Origin: Phoronis australis
Taxonomy: Eukaryota > Animalia > Phoronida
NCBI GenBank assembly: GCA_002633005.1
Contig: NMRA01000253.1
Span: 507,251 to 571,250, forward strand
Length of the DNA stretch: 64,000 bases
Direction of reading: 5' to 3'
Part shown: one piece after another, positions 1-12,800 of the stretch
Numbering within the stretch: position 1 is the stretch's first letter
How the letters are laid out: every line of letters starts with the position of its first letter
Made by a program: the position numbers and the translations under genes
The notes under the pieces: generated by a model
Databases searched by the model: none
The model's input: the letters and a program-made list of their open reading frames with translations, nothing else
Told to the model about the DNA's origin: nothing

Positions 1-2504
1 TTCAAAATTTTGTCTGATACCCGGGGTAGATCTAGTATACGACCAAATTGTTAAATTGCATAAGTCCAGGGCAATAACCTATCGAATGGAGAACAGTCAC
101 AAGATGTTTCAAATTTCAATACAAGAGTCAGGACGTGATCACACTATGTACAGTATAACATGCCCAAAATATTGTGCGGGTTAGCAAATTGACGTTGCAA
201 CTTTATCTTTTTGAATTTCATGGAATTTGACCTTTGCAGCGCCACCCAATCATAACCAGTATGTAATAGGGGCGAGTTGGACACCATGCGGAATTATAGA
301 TGGAGAGAGTGATTTGCTTGTAGCATCTTTCTTCCATCCATAATCCTTTACATCTAGTCCTGGTTACATTCCACCACATGACTGGTAATGGGCTCCGTTT
401 ACGTATACATTTTCTGTGAATATGTCGGTGACAGTTTGGGGGCAGGCATGTATCCCTTGCCGTTTTTCTTCCCCATACTAGATGTCGGATTCCTGACTTC
501 TTTCCGATTCTTTCCATTCCAAACCAGACACATTAGTACCCTGTTTTATAACATCAGAAAAATTTGCATTAATAGTGCCAATGGCGGACAGGACATGTCC
601 AGTCTTCAATATTTTAACGATATTTAACTCCATAATAGCTTGCCACCGTGTTACACCCCTACAGCACCTGGGGAAGGAGGAGACACCCACAATATCGCCA
701 CGTGTTTCCAATGTTTAGAACTGTTCTAAGCTTACAAGGTGATTTCAAGGTTGTGGTATTTAAAGTAGTGTCCCATGCCATTGTAATGCACACGTAGCAC
801 AAATACATTTTTGTCATCGGAAACAACCTAAAATTTGTTAAGTTCACATGCACATTTGACCTCCTGCAGCGCAGTAATGGAGCCGGCTTCTTCGTGGGAC
901 GTACTCAGATAATACCCACAACCAATATCCTAGTACTGTAGTAAGGGACAGGGACCTTCATCAGCAATTACCTACTGGTGTTCCTTAGCTACTGCCAGCT
1001 TTTCTCGAACATTCTCTGTCCAATGTTTATTGGGTTTTATGTACATTAATACTCTACGCCATGTCTTTGGGATGCACCTTGGAATCCAACAAATCGATGC
1101 TGGTATCTACTTTTGTCAAATTTGTGCAATATCCTGGGCATCTGCATCGAGACATCATGTCTTACTTTAGTCTATGTAATAGGTTTCAGACCTGTTTCAA
1201 TCTTGTAGGATAAATGGCAACTCGTACCCAGAGCTTAAATTCTCTACTTAGAGGGGAATTCTCTATTATGTCCCTACTACTGTTTTCCTACCTCATGAAT
1301 GTGGTCCCTATAAACTGATCGCTCCGAGCCCCATTCAAGTATTCACCCAAGTCATTGAACTAATGGTGTGTGGAAATACATGTAGGCAAATACTACAGTG
1401 CATCTCTTGGAATTTAAAGGTCTAAAACTGTAGAGCTCACATTACACAAAAAATTCTTATTTCATATTCAAAAAAGAGAATCTGAAAATTCATCATGCTA
1501 CAACCTGCAAATAAATTTCTTTAAATTCATTGGCAACAGAAACATGGGTGTAAATATCTATAACTAACCTCTGGTGTCAGATGCAGCAACTATAAGCACA
1601 AGTAGAAGTTTGAATAAGGCAGTTGTAATTTGTTTAAATTATCAATTATGCAAATTTATGATGACCATGAAAACATGAGACATCAGTATTCGAAAATAAC
1701 CTACGTGTAATTCCCATCAGGAGTGTCTTTTATTTGTATAATTGATGTAAATTCATCATAAAATAACTTGAAAACTGATTTCATTAAATTAATTGACCAC
1801 ACGAAATGGGTGCAGATGTTAAATTGTTAACCTGGGATGCCTGGTGCATGTCCTTCAGCAGAATTTTGAATCATGGCAGCCCTAAGTTGCAAATATTATA
1901 TAATTTGCATATATTATGCAAATTCACGATGTATTCAGAACAAAACAAGCTCCATTAAATTCACTGATCATGGAAGCACAGGTGAAAACATTAAAGTAAC
2001 CTTCTGCAGTGAATGGTAAGAGCGTTCGTTATAAGCAAAAATAGAATTTTGAATAATGGTGGCCCTAATTTGCATTAATTATGCAAAGTTATCATGCAAA
2101 AACATGCAAACTGATTTCATTCAACTAATTGACCATTGAAACATGGATGAAATATCATCATAATCCACTCTGATGATTGGTACCATAATTATTAGAACAA
2201 GTTTAATTTCTAATAAAATATGCAAATTGACAATGTATCTACCAAAAACCTGTACTATTGAATTTTCTGACCATTGAAACATGGGCGAAAACATCAAAAT
2301 AATCTTAGTATGTAAAATATAAGAAAAATAGAATTCTGCATAATGGCAAACTTAATTTGCATATTTAAAAAATGCTGAAGGGTTGCGAACGGTCACCACC
2401 CTAAATCATAATTACCTATGCCTAGGCTACAGGATACAGCAATGAAAAAAAACTTTATCCAGCAAATCCAGATAAAGTAAAAAACAGCATTTGGCTCCCG
2501 GACA
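1..2504 (-). mobile_element. Decayed AcademX-like DNA transposon, truncated by the window edge
   Basis: Minus-strand 218-711 gives frameshifted pieces resembling the XPG-like and Cys-rich C-terminal part: 'LLLPQVL*GCNTVASYYG', 'IVKILKTGHVLSAIG...VIKQ', 'FTENV..GAHYQ', 'LDVKDYGWKRD...LAP'. Region 1600-2400 has repeated ATGCAAAT/ATTTGCAT motifs and ends in ...ggctcccggaca, close to an Academ TAG-type terminus. Confidence 0.6.
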
Positions 2505-3298
2505 GTATTTGAAAGAATAGTCGTCAACAGTAGACTTCTGATACGAAAATTGCGTCAGAAGGTATTTAAAGCTCAACCAAATTGTCAAACATTAACATAA
2601 ACAGTGAAATGAGACCCAGAATAAAAACTACACACCTTCTTTAATCTCAATTTTTTCTTCATCTGTAATGAATCGAAGCACGTATTACTTAGGTGAACAT
2701 GTCGATTAAATAGTTACACATGCAGCGGACATGGTGTATTTCGATTTCGTGATAATTTGATCACTCGATACAGAAACTTCTCTTCATTAACTTTAAGGCA
2801 ACGGGATTTTGTGCAATTTAAGTTAGTAGCCTTATACTGATGTGAACTGTATTTTCTAAAGAAGGAGATAGTATTACATTTTGGCCTGGTTTTCGAAATA
2901 CTTTTGAGCGGAGGCGGTCACGCAAGAATCATACACTGTGAAGTAGCAGGGTACAAGTGACTAACCGATGTGCGGCATTGCGGGGCTCCAACGTGCATGG
3001 CAATGCAGTTTGGGCCTCATTAATAAACATCCCCTTGATGTGAAAAACAAAAGGAATGCATATAATCTAATTAGTCCAAAATCTAACCGCAATTACATTT
3101 CATTTTATTGTAAAACACGACGCCTGAGACGCGGTCAGTAAATCGACAGTCGTTTGTAACAGAGTTAATTTTTAACCTACAAACCAGAACTCAATACGTC
3201 GGCAGATGGAAAAGGGATACCAGCCAACCTTACCGAGGTAATTCCATTTTTTCGCGCACATACCCCGGACTATGCAACGTGTGTCATGCACTAAATAT

Positions 3299-4361
3299 AC
3301 CCACCTAATACGATATTTATAACATCAAAACAACAGGAACAAACAATGCTTGAGATGACAAAATGCTCAATCGATTTGGTGGTCCAAAATTCGCAAACTC
3401 TTGCCACGGTAACGTACCTCCTGCGTACACGGCGATATCTTGTACATACGTAGGTGATTTTATTAAGCATATGAACGTAAAATTGTTATTTAGTGGCACC
3501 TCAGTAACGAAAATTCCATCTAGGGCAAAAACAATTTAAAAGCAGGGCTATTTTACCGCAATGTCCACAAAACTTAGGACAGTTCTCAAGTCCCCAGTCC
3601 TTCTGACTTCCAGAGCAAATGTCCGTCTTGCTGTGCTGGTTACACGTAGTTAGTTTGTCCTCACATTCTGAAATAACATGTAACACACCCAGTTTCAATC
3701 AACCCCATAGTAAACCACATTGTCTATTTTAATTTACACAAGAGCAGCCAAGGGTGGGCGCAGCCAAGGGTGGGCGCAGCCAAGGGTGGGCGCAGCCAAG
3801 GGTGGGCGCAGCCAAGGGTGGACGCAGCCAAGGNCCCACCTAATACGATATTTATAACATCAAAACAACAGGAACAAACAATGCTTGAGATAACAAAATG
3901 CTTAATCGATTTGGTGGTCCAAAATTCGCAAACTCTTGCCACGGTAACGTACCTCCTGCGTACACGGCGATATCTTGTACATACGTAGGTGATTTTATTA
4001 AGCATATGAATTGTTATTTAGTGGCACCTCGGTAACGAAAATTCCATCTAGGGCAAAAACAATTTAAAAGCAGGGCTATTTTACCGCAATGTCCACAAAA
4101 CTTAGGACAGTTCTCAAGTCCCCAGTCCTTCTGGCTTCCAGAGCAAATGTCCGTCTTGCTGTGCTGGTTACACGTAGTTAGTTTGTCCTCACATTCTGAA
4201 ATAACATGTAACACACCCAGTTTCAATCAACCCCATAGTAAACCACATTGTCTATTTTAATTTACACAAGAGCAGCCAAGGGTGGGCGCAGCCAAGGGTG
4301 GGCGCAGCCAAGGGTGGGCGCAGCCAAGGGTGGGCGCAGCCAAGGGTGGACGCAGCCAAGG
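3299..4361. repeat. Near-identical ~530-bp tandem duplication across an n gap (3834)
   Basis: 3299-3833 and 3835-4361 align with a few substitutions and a small indel (atgaacgtaaaattg vs atgaattg). Confidence 0.9.
3744..3833. repeat. 16-bp minisatellite (GCAGCCAAGGGTGGGC), about 5.6 copies; second array near 4272-4361
   Basis: Units read directly from the sequence. Confidence 0.95.
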
Positions 4362-5479
4362 CACATAAAATGAGGAACGAAATCCTATAAAGAAGAGTTT
4401 TACATTTTTAACTAATTCAACAGGCCACGTAGAACGTTTTCATTCTTTTAAAGATTTCTGTTAATCAAAGTCTATAAAGCATGTAGTCAAACGGATGATG
4501 CAACGAGTAGCCCACATTTCGAAAATGCAGTGGGCCATGTAGACCAACGCTCCAACTTCGCCAACCAATCATTGCAGTTCCGTTATTTTCTGAAGTAACC
4601 TTACTACTGTAGGCCTACTCTCACATTTCACTGGAGTGATTTTGTATGGTTTTGCGTGAATCTTACGTTTGTTTCTTGTGAGTTTCTTGCATCTGCGAAA
4701 CGCATCCTTAGTACAGTCTTCCGCAGCGCTACCACAGATAAATGTGTTGTGTTCCGTTGACTAAAGACAAGAATAGTTATTGTGTTCACGTGCAACATGA
4801 AGCTTTCCTTGATCTTGTTTTCGCAAGTTTCTTGCCACTACGGCAAGCTTACGTCAAGACAAATGAAAATTTGCATTTTGCCCTAGTGCGCATGTCCTGG
4901 GCACTGTATTGTCTTGGCTTTTGACTAGGAATCATTTTGCGGTTGGCTTACCTTGTTTCACGACATCAGGCTAGAGCTAAAAGCCAGAAATGTGTCTGCA
5001 ACTCATAGTCAAGAACAGACTAAATTACAGCTTAGATAAAGCCAAAAGATAAAACTCAACGTCTGACCGTGGAGTGGAAAATGGTCCAAGGATGAGCCTG
5101 GAACGTATGATTGTGCAGGATATATCGACTTAATGCGCCGAAAAGCCATTTTCCAGCTTCCAGCCGATCAAAGTGACTGCCCGAATGTTACTTCGTTCCA
5201 TGTAGCCGCATTCCGCCTTAATTGTTTAGCTTGCTAAAAACGGAAATCGATATAGGCCTCTCGTTCTCATTAAATCGGTCTTATAATAGTCCTTACCGTG
5301 ACAGGATTCCATTTCCGTTATCAGCAAGAACAACGTAATCATTCGCGATTCAAGAAAACCCTTCAGAATTACTGGAGTTCTCCAACCGTAAAATTACAAA
5401 TTAATGCAAAACGTTAGGCCTACCCATTATCTGCGATTAGAGTTACCGGTTCATGCGGCAACAATTTAAGATCAAGTGA

Positions 5480-6260
5480 GCTTGGTAATGTTTACCAAAC
5501 CCCCGATTTCTTCAATTAAGACTTCAGTACAATTTGGTATCTACTTTCTTGTCGCCAAAAAACCACCTTTCAGTATTTGAAAGTAGGCCCCCTCGCTTAA
5601 ATAACACAACATTCGTTCTCTCCAAATTAACTTGCAAGTTCCAATCTCGAGTTAAACTTTTCGAGGACTGTAGCCCAACAACAGTATTCGACACCAGCAC
5701 TAAATCATCCGCAAAAACAGAGAAACTATATCACAACACGAGGAGACACGTATACCTCTGCCTACATTTTCTCTAATATCAGACAATAGTGTGCTAACAA
5801 ACACCGAGAACAGCCAGGGACTTAAAACACATCCTTGCCGGACACCAACTGTACAATTAAAATAGCGCGCGGTCTGTGATTGTACCATAACATACGATTG
5901 TATAGAGTCGTACATGCGCAAAATCTTAAACGTTTTTCCACTCAGACTTTTCGTTAAAAGGGCACAAAATAAACGGGAAATATCCACATTATCAAATGAC
6001 TCATTAAAATCAACCAATGCGCAATATACATTCCCCTTACGTTTAGTGACATGTTTCTGGATGATACTCTGTAGGAAACAAGTGTTAACGATTGTAGAGT
6101 ACCCAGTCCGAGAGCCTGCTTGTTCTTCCGGGATACATTTCGTGTTATTCGACTATTCAACTATACGAGAATAAAGAATAGTTGTAAAAATTTTATTAAT
6201 ACTATCTATAACGTAGATCCCTCTATAATTATTTGGATTAAATTTGTCTATTTCTTAGTA
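5480..6260 (-). mobile_element. Non-LTR retrotransposon RT fragment (CR1/L2-like), degenerate
   Basis: Pieces 'NPNNYRGI', 'EEQAGSRTGYST', 'VDFNESFDNV', 'GVRQGCVLSPWLF', 'FADDLVL...GLQ', 'WNLQVNLERT' in order, with frameshifts. Confidence 0.85.
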
Positions 6261-8862
6261 ACTAGGGTCGTTTCCGGTTCTGTTCGTTGACAAAAACAAC
6301 TGTCACAACTCGAGATTGAGACAGAGGACACTTGGGAAATGTCGGTTTAGTGTGACAGACATGTCGATAAATACCTGTACATGTAGTCATTATACAGTGT
6401 CAGAATAAATATGGATTAAGTAATTAGTAAGAATAGATCCATTTTAACTGAGTTGCCCAAAATTTGTGCACATGTACTTTTAAATCATGGGATCAAACTT
6501 GTTGGCATGTATTTTAACGTCAAAATCTATTTTTAGATGGTGTTTACTACTTTGGTTTTGCGTCAAAGCATACTAGAGATTCTAGAAATTTCTGAGAGCA
6601 AATTGTATCAGCCAATGATATGATTAGCCAATCGCTAAATAACTAGAATATTATAATATGGGCTGAAATCAAGAAGATATGCAGATCAGCCATGGTAGTT
6701 GAAGCATACAGACTTGCTACAGTGTACGGAGGAAATTGTACTACAGAGCCAACTCGTGGAATATTCTGAAGAGGATCTTGGCAAGGGCAAGGGATAACGA
6801 AGAGGAAGTTAACTAAGAGCTTGTCACTTGCATCGTAGGTAGTAAGATACTGCCTGAAGTGTTGCGTCATGGGAGTCTGTGACCAGCAAGAGGAATCCTG
6901 GGTAGAAAAAAGTGCCCGCAAGTGTTGCGGCGTCACCAGAGACTGTGACCAGCAAGTACATTGTCGCAATACAGTATGTGTAGTTCGAAGATTCACCCAC
7001 AGGGCTGTCATCTAACAAGTGGAGACTCCTACAACTCGGATATTAGCAGACAAGTCTTTTAATTAATTTGATTGATTGAAGTAATCTTTAAAGGGGGCAT
7101 TGTCAGTTACTCTTCTTTGTAGTTGATTACTTAATTAAAAACAGGTTTGACTTGACTAATTAGTGGTTATCATACAATAAATTAATTACTGGATTTAATC
7201 ATTATCTCTCCATCTACGCACAATCGTAAAGCATAGCTACCTTTTAAACAAACCCACATTCAATCTCCGACGTAAAGGGAAAGTTTACGTTGAACCCCGT
7301 AATGATGTAGCGATCTATCTTGTGTTCACTACTGTAGCTCTTATCTTTCAAAAAGTGCTAGGGATCTTCTGGAAACTGATATTGCACCAGGCAGCACCTG
7401 GTTCCTTATGAGTTTTTGAGCACTTGCCTGAACGGTATTGTTTAAAATCGAAAATTGATAAATTATCAACATCTTACCCGTGTTGCCTAATGTTTGACGA
7501 CGGCACAGTAGCTGTGTAGCTTAGATAGTGATTAATTAGACCTACTCAATTTGGGCAGCTAAAGTCGTGACGTAAACGTGCTTTCTGTGAATATTCTGTT
7601 TCAACTTTAGAACATGTAAACGTCATTATTCGCTATAAATTATTCTAAAGATCGTACGGAATCTCACAACGTTCACAAAACTGTGTCCCTTAATTGGAAA
7701 ATGAAGTGCACATACTGCAATAGCCACAAAATCGTTCGCAATTCCTCCGAGCCCATACTTCGGAACTTCCGGAACAAGAGTCTTTTCCATAGAGGTGACA
7801 TATGCGTATTGCATTCACACATAGTGCACCTGCAATTTTGTAGAAGATTATTATCAATACAAATAGTGTTTTTTAATAAGAAGAACATAAAGTTATGGAG
7901 CTGTTAAATAGCGCCGGCCCTGAACACAAAAATACATGTCAAGATGTTTAGAGAAGTCTGAGGTAGTGTTCTTGGTCGCGTTTTCTACAATAGTTAATCA
8001 CAAGGGCGTCTATATCTTTCATGTGGCCAATTTAGGTTCCCACAGGAAATTAAGATATTGACTGCAGTGAAACTGGCGACAAAACTGCGTGTTTGAGTCA
8101 TTTGCTGTCATGAGCAGATATTACGCCGGGCTACCACGTGGCCATTACGCAATCATCTGTAGCCGACACTTAAGAACATGTTTACCTGAATTGATTGCAG
8201 TCGCCACGCCAGGGTAAACTGCATCGGTTCCAACTGGAAAATATAACGACAAATTCTGTTTAGGAAAGTAAAGTATTCAAGACTGTATAATGGGAACATA
8301 TGGCCTGAATCCCTACCCTAAAAATTACTCATTGTTAATGTACGTTTCACGTAGGTACGTTAATAATTCAATTATTGCTCCACCCCTCTCCTTCTTGACA
8401 AATTAATTCTTCTCAGAGACATCTTAAACAACAAAGTTTCAACTTCGTTTTTAATAGGAAATTTCCACAGAATGCTCCGATCATCTCCGACAAATTTCGA
8501 AATTAGATATCCATTCATATATCGGGTCTTCAGTTCTCGGAAGGTACCGTTTATGCCATCCATTGTATGTCTTTAGTTATACCCATTTTCTTATGTAACC
8601 GCTACCGGAAGGGTGGGGTCAAATGATGGAATCAAGTGTTTGATGGAATGAATAGTTGCTCCTTTTAATTTGTTTATGGTATGATCTTTAGCGAAAAGAA
8701 TCTCCTACAAATATTTCTTGAACCTAAACTTTCTGACAAAACGCAACAATTATGAACAATTAGTGTGTAAGTGCAATTGAACGAAACCAACCTAAAAGCT
8801 ACTGCATCCACCTTACGACCTTTGTTGCAGGAAGAAAATTTGCGCTATTTGTGGAACTCTTA

Positions 8863-9264
8863 CAGCCCAAACTGATTCCTACACCATACTGATTTTACGC
8901 ACTTTAATTTGGCGCGTGTTGGTGAGCCAAACTGAAGCCTACGCCAAACTGGAGCTACCATGAGTTCCAAAACACAGTCAGTGCTTTATGGATTTTCAAT
9001 GCTTCTCAGAACCGAAATTGACGACAAAGAGTGCTCACGTGAACAGGTCTTATCTATTAATTACATGAGGGTAGTGTCCTGCAAAACTACCAGGCACCAC
9101 CCCGCACTCTGTGTCGTCAATTTCAGTTCTCATAACCATTACAGTCCTATAAATTACTGGAAGTAATTTGAGAGCTTAGGGAACATTCAGTTTGGCTCCT
9201 CAACACGCGCCAAACAGAAGCGCGACAAATCAGTTTGACGCAGGCATCAGGCCAGTTTGGGCTA
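8863..9264. mobile_element. ~400-bp MITE-like element
   Basis: Termini CAGCCCAAACTG / CAGTTTGGGCTA, with further CCAAACTG copies near the left end and CAGTTTG copies near the right end. Confidence 0.45.
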
Positions 9265-9595
9265 TAACAAAAACCTCAACAAATGCCGCTGTATCCTCCA
9301 TATCAGAACCGATGCAAAAACTTCGTATAACAGTAATACACCTGGTGCTTAGTAACCTTCTCGATTTAGCACGCATTGCATGATTTAGACCACCATTTCT
9401 GCCTTCGTGGACAAAATCGTGACGAAAAATAATAGGACGTTCACGCACAACTTTCGCCGCGACTGAGTAAAAGTACACTTTTTAATAGCACTCTTCCCCA
9501 TGGAACACTTATTGACGCCAAATCAAGAGAACTGGCGTGTGATGGGAATTGACTGCTACTTCTGATTGTTACATTTTTAAGATTGCCCCACTCAC

Positions 9596-9817
9596 CCTTG
9601 CAACCATAGAGAATTTGAATCTTTTTGATGTCTAGGGAGCTTAGCGCGATACGTTGTCCAATCGAGACACCGCTCTGTTTGGGAGTTATTGTAGGTTTTA
9701 GGGTGTCATTGCTGAATGCTGTTGCAGCGTAATGCATAATGCTGCCGTAGTCATAAGGCTGGCCGAGGTGGTCCACTTGAGTACCAAGGGTGTACTTCAT
9801 GAAATTGTTTTTTCTTC
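9596..9817 (-). CDS. Astacin exon: Met-turn and end of catalytic domain
   Basis: GRKNNFMKY...PYDYGSIMHY...IGQRIALSSLDIKKIQILYGCK; acceptor aatttcag, donor gtgag. Confidence 0.95.
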
Positions 9818-12800
9818 CTGAAATTGTTACCAAAACAGAATCCCTTATTTTTCAACAGCTTCATAAGATAATTGGCATCAATTAAGAGTACATTTCGACG
9901 TAAAGCGAGTTTTAAAAGATAGAGTATAACGAAAATTTTAAGTTAAAATCTCCTACTTACTACAGTCGCGAACTGCGCTAACAGACATTGCACACTCGAC
10001 TTCAAAATGACCTAGATTAAAATAATTGGTTTCAAAATTCAGTTGCAATAGGGAAATGGACTGTCGTTCTGAGATTTGAACTGGTTTTGACTCGTAAATA
10101 CGCGCTGGGTTTTTTCAGTAGAACAGATATGAAATCCTATCAACCGGAAAAAGTCCCGGCCCTCCTAACTTTCACGACCGTGGCTACTTCAGAGGGCAAC
10201 AGGAACTTTGGATTAAATCCTTCTCCAGATGTTCTGAAGTAATTTTCGGCAACGTTTGGAAGAATTCACTAGCACGTTTAGTACGAATCTTAGTATAAAA
10301 GTTGGAAAAAACAAGCCTCACATATTTTGCTAGCCACTAGGTGCCAGTGCCGTATGATCAGAACAGCCAATTAAACGATAGGAAAGCATTGTGTCCGTGG
10401 TATTTCTAAGACGTCTGCTTCCTGAATCATTCTGTGCTTTTCAATCAAACAGGGGTTTTGAGCGAGCTCTGAAACCGATGAGAAATTGAATTGTTGTACG
10501 CGTCCGTGAATATATAGCAATGGAGCGTCAAGATTTCTGCCCGTTGGTAGTTTCAGATGTAGGATTTTACTCACAATCCTGAACTTCTGTGATTTACAGA
10601 TATGACAATGAGTCAATGATTTTGCAAACAAGTGCGAAAGTGAATTGAATTTGAGAGCAAGGAAATTCTCATTGCTCAACTACATGTGATCTATCACAAG
10701 CAGTCAGTTTACAGAAATTTATTGTTGTCACGATAAATGAAAGACCTCTTAAGCAAGCAAGAAAATTAATCAAGCTGATCGACGAAGCAACGAGTTAATG
10801 CTGAGTCATTTACTTGTAGTAGAAAACCAAGACAGTTGTCATTTCCGTTTAACAGTGCGCAAAGAAAGAAGCATGTGCTATCTCCGGAATGCATCATTTG
10901 CCACAAAACAGTCTGGGTTACTACACAACATATTGATAACACAAAGAAAGGAGACATGAAAACTTTTCCAACTTTGAAACATTGACTGATACATGTAAGT
11001 ACCGTAGTTGAAAAACTATGAATTACGATTGAAATCTTCTTGCTTTGGACATACAAAAATTAATTCTTGGCTTGAGGTCCGAGCTTGTTCCTAATTTTGG
11101 AATTTGGCACTCAAGTGATCAGTACTGCTTTTTATGGACTTCCAAGTCTATTTTCAGGCCATGTCATGAAACAATGAAGTATTTGGAATTTGAAACATAT
11201 AAAAAGGCAAAAATCGTCCGTGCTCCAAACAATTTTGGCACAAATTTTGGTGTCCCAAACTTTGGAAGCTGGCCTGAACAGGAGAATTTTTAGCGTAGAC
11301 TGAAAACGTTTTTAGTCTTTCAATTACCACACTCAAAAACAGGACGCGTCGGAATTGAATTTTGTGGTAGGATAAACGTTTTTCAATTCCATGCAAACAA
11401 AACAAAAGGCTGAACATGTGTTGTTTGATGACAGTTGTGATGCCTATTTACTGAAGGTCTGCTTTTGCAGAGAATTTTGATTTACTCTCAGCCTGATCAA
11501 TAAATTTCAGTGCAGTTCAGGAAAGTTCTGTCTTGTGACGAAAATAAGGATGTCCTTGTTGACTGCTTACACGTATATAAAGATTGAGCAAGTGCTATTG
11601 CTAGCTGTAAAACAAAGTTGTCCAAAGGTATACATATATAGGAGAGGTCGATAATTACAGAGTTCCGAAACTCACATTTGATCTTGAAGAGGCGGACACA
11701 CATTTATTTTATAATTAGTGCACGTTCATCGTGCGGCAATCAGTCACTCTTCACTTATTTTCAGAAATCCTGACACAGATGTGGTTCTTTTGGGTTTGGC
11801 CAATGCAATAAGCATTTCTGCATCACTCAAGTTGATAACATAAATAGCTCAGAAATCCAAAGTAATTCATTGAAGTGACTCATCACGTCCAGTTCAGAAG
11901 AACGCTACCACATATTCAGGTTGAACTCAGTGATAGAATCAACTTTACCTCCTATGATTGTTTGCTGTTACAAGCCAAAACAGCAAAATGTCAATGTGCG
12001 ATTAACACACACCGAGTTTGCAACAGGGTGGCTGTTGGAACACGGTTATCTGTAATTTCATTGGACTCTGCCATTAGACCCCGAACAAGTCATGAGAAAT
12101 CTTTACTGCGAAAATAAATGTGAAAAGTGGCTGGTACGTGCAATTATGTGCTCTTGTCATGTTTTGAGTGTATGAATGTCGAGAGTAACACGGTGTCTCA
12201 TTTTTGCTGACAATGATCATGGTGTTGTTGAACTTGTTTGATAAGTCTGTAATATGTTGTTAAATATTTCAAAAACTGTAACAGAAAACATTCTGTACGT
12301 CGTGTTCAGTTGGACTATCAGAACTGTGTTCAGCGTCTTCTCCCCGCGTCGGTTGAAAATGAGCGTCAAATTTGGATAATGTGAATTATGACGTCATGAA
12401 ACCTAATTAAATGAAGAAGCATTAGAAATGTGAGATTATCCATATTTTGATTTAGACATTAAATCTTAGTCAAATTCCAAATGGTTAAAGATATTATTTT
12501 TGACATGACCTCAGAATGCAATAGTGTGTTTGTCGGCCAACAGAAGACGCTGCTAAAACCATTATTTTCCTTTTTAACACTTTTTCAACTTATTATGTAA
12601 TGGTTATCACTTAACTTTTCTTGTCTAGTAAGTTCCAATGAACAAAAACAAGTCAAATTAACATTTAATTTTTGTCAGGGTCGTTAGTTTTTAAGCAATG
12701 CCACATTTTGCAAAATGTCAATTTTCAGTCAGTTTTGTAGAAAACGTGTTGGCCAAAATTTTATTGCCCCCCAAAATTAGTCACCGAAGTGATTTTCTAA

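Noticed and set aside
3501-4226. Duplicated 65-70 aa ORFs (MKLGVLHVISEC...) as a gene pair
   Set aside because: They are by-products of the gap-flanking duplication, start at non-ATG codons and show no recognisable domain.
3744-4361. Regular short repeats as a CRISPR array
   Set aside because: Head-to-tail 16-bp units with no unique spacers, in a eukaryotic context.
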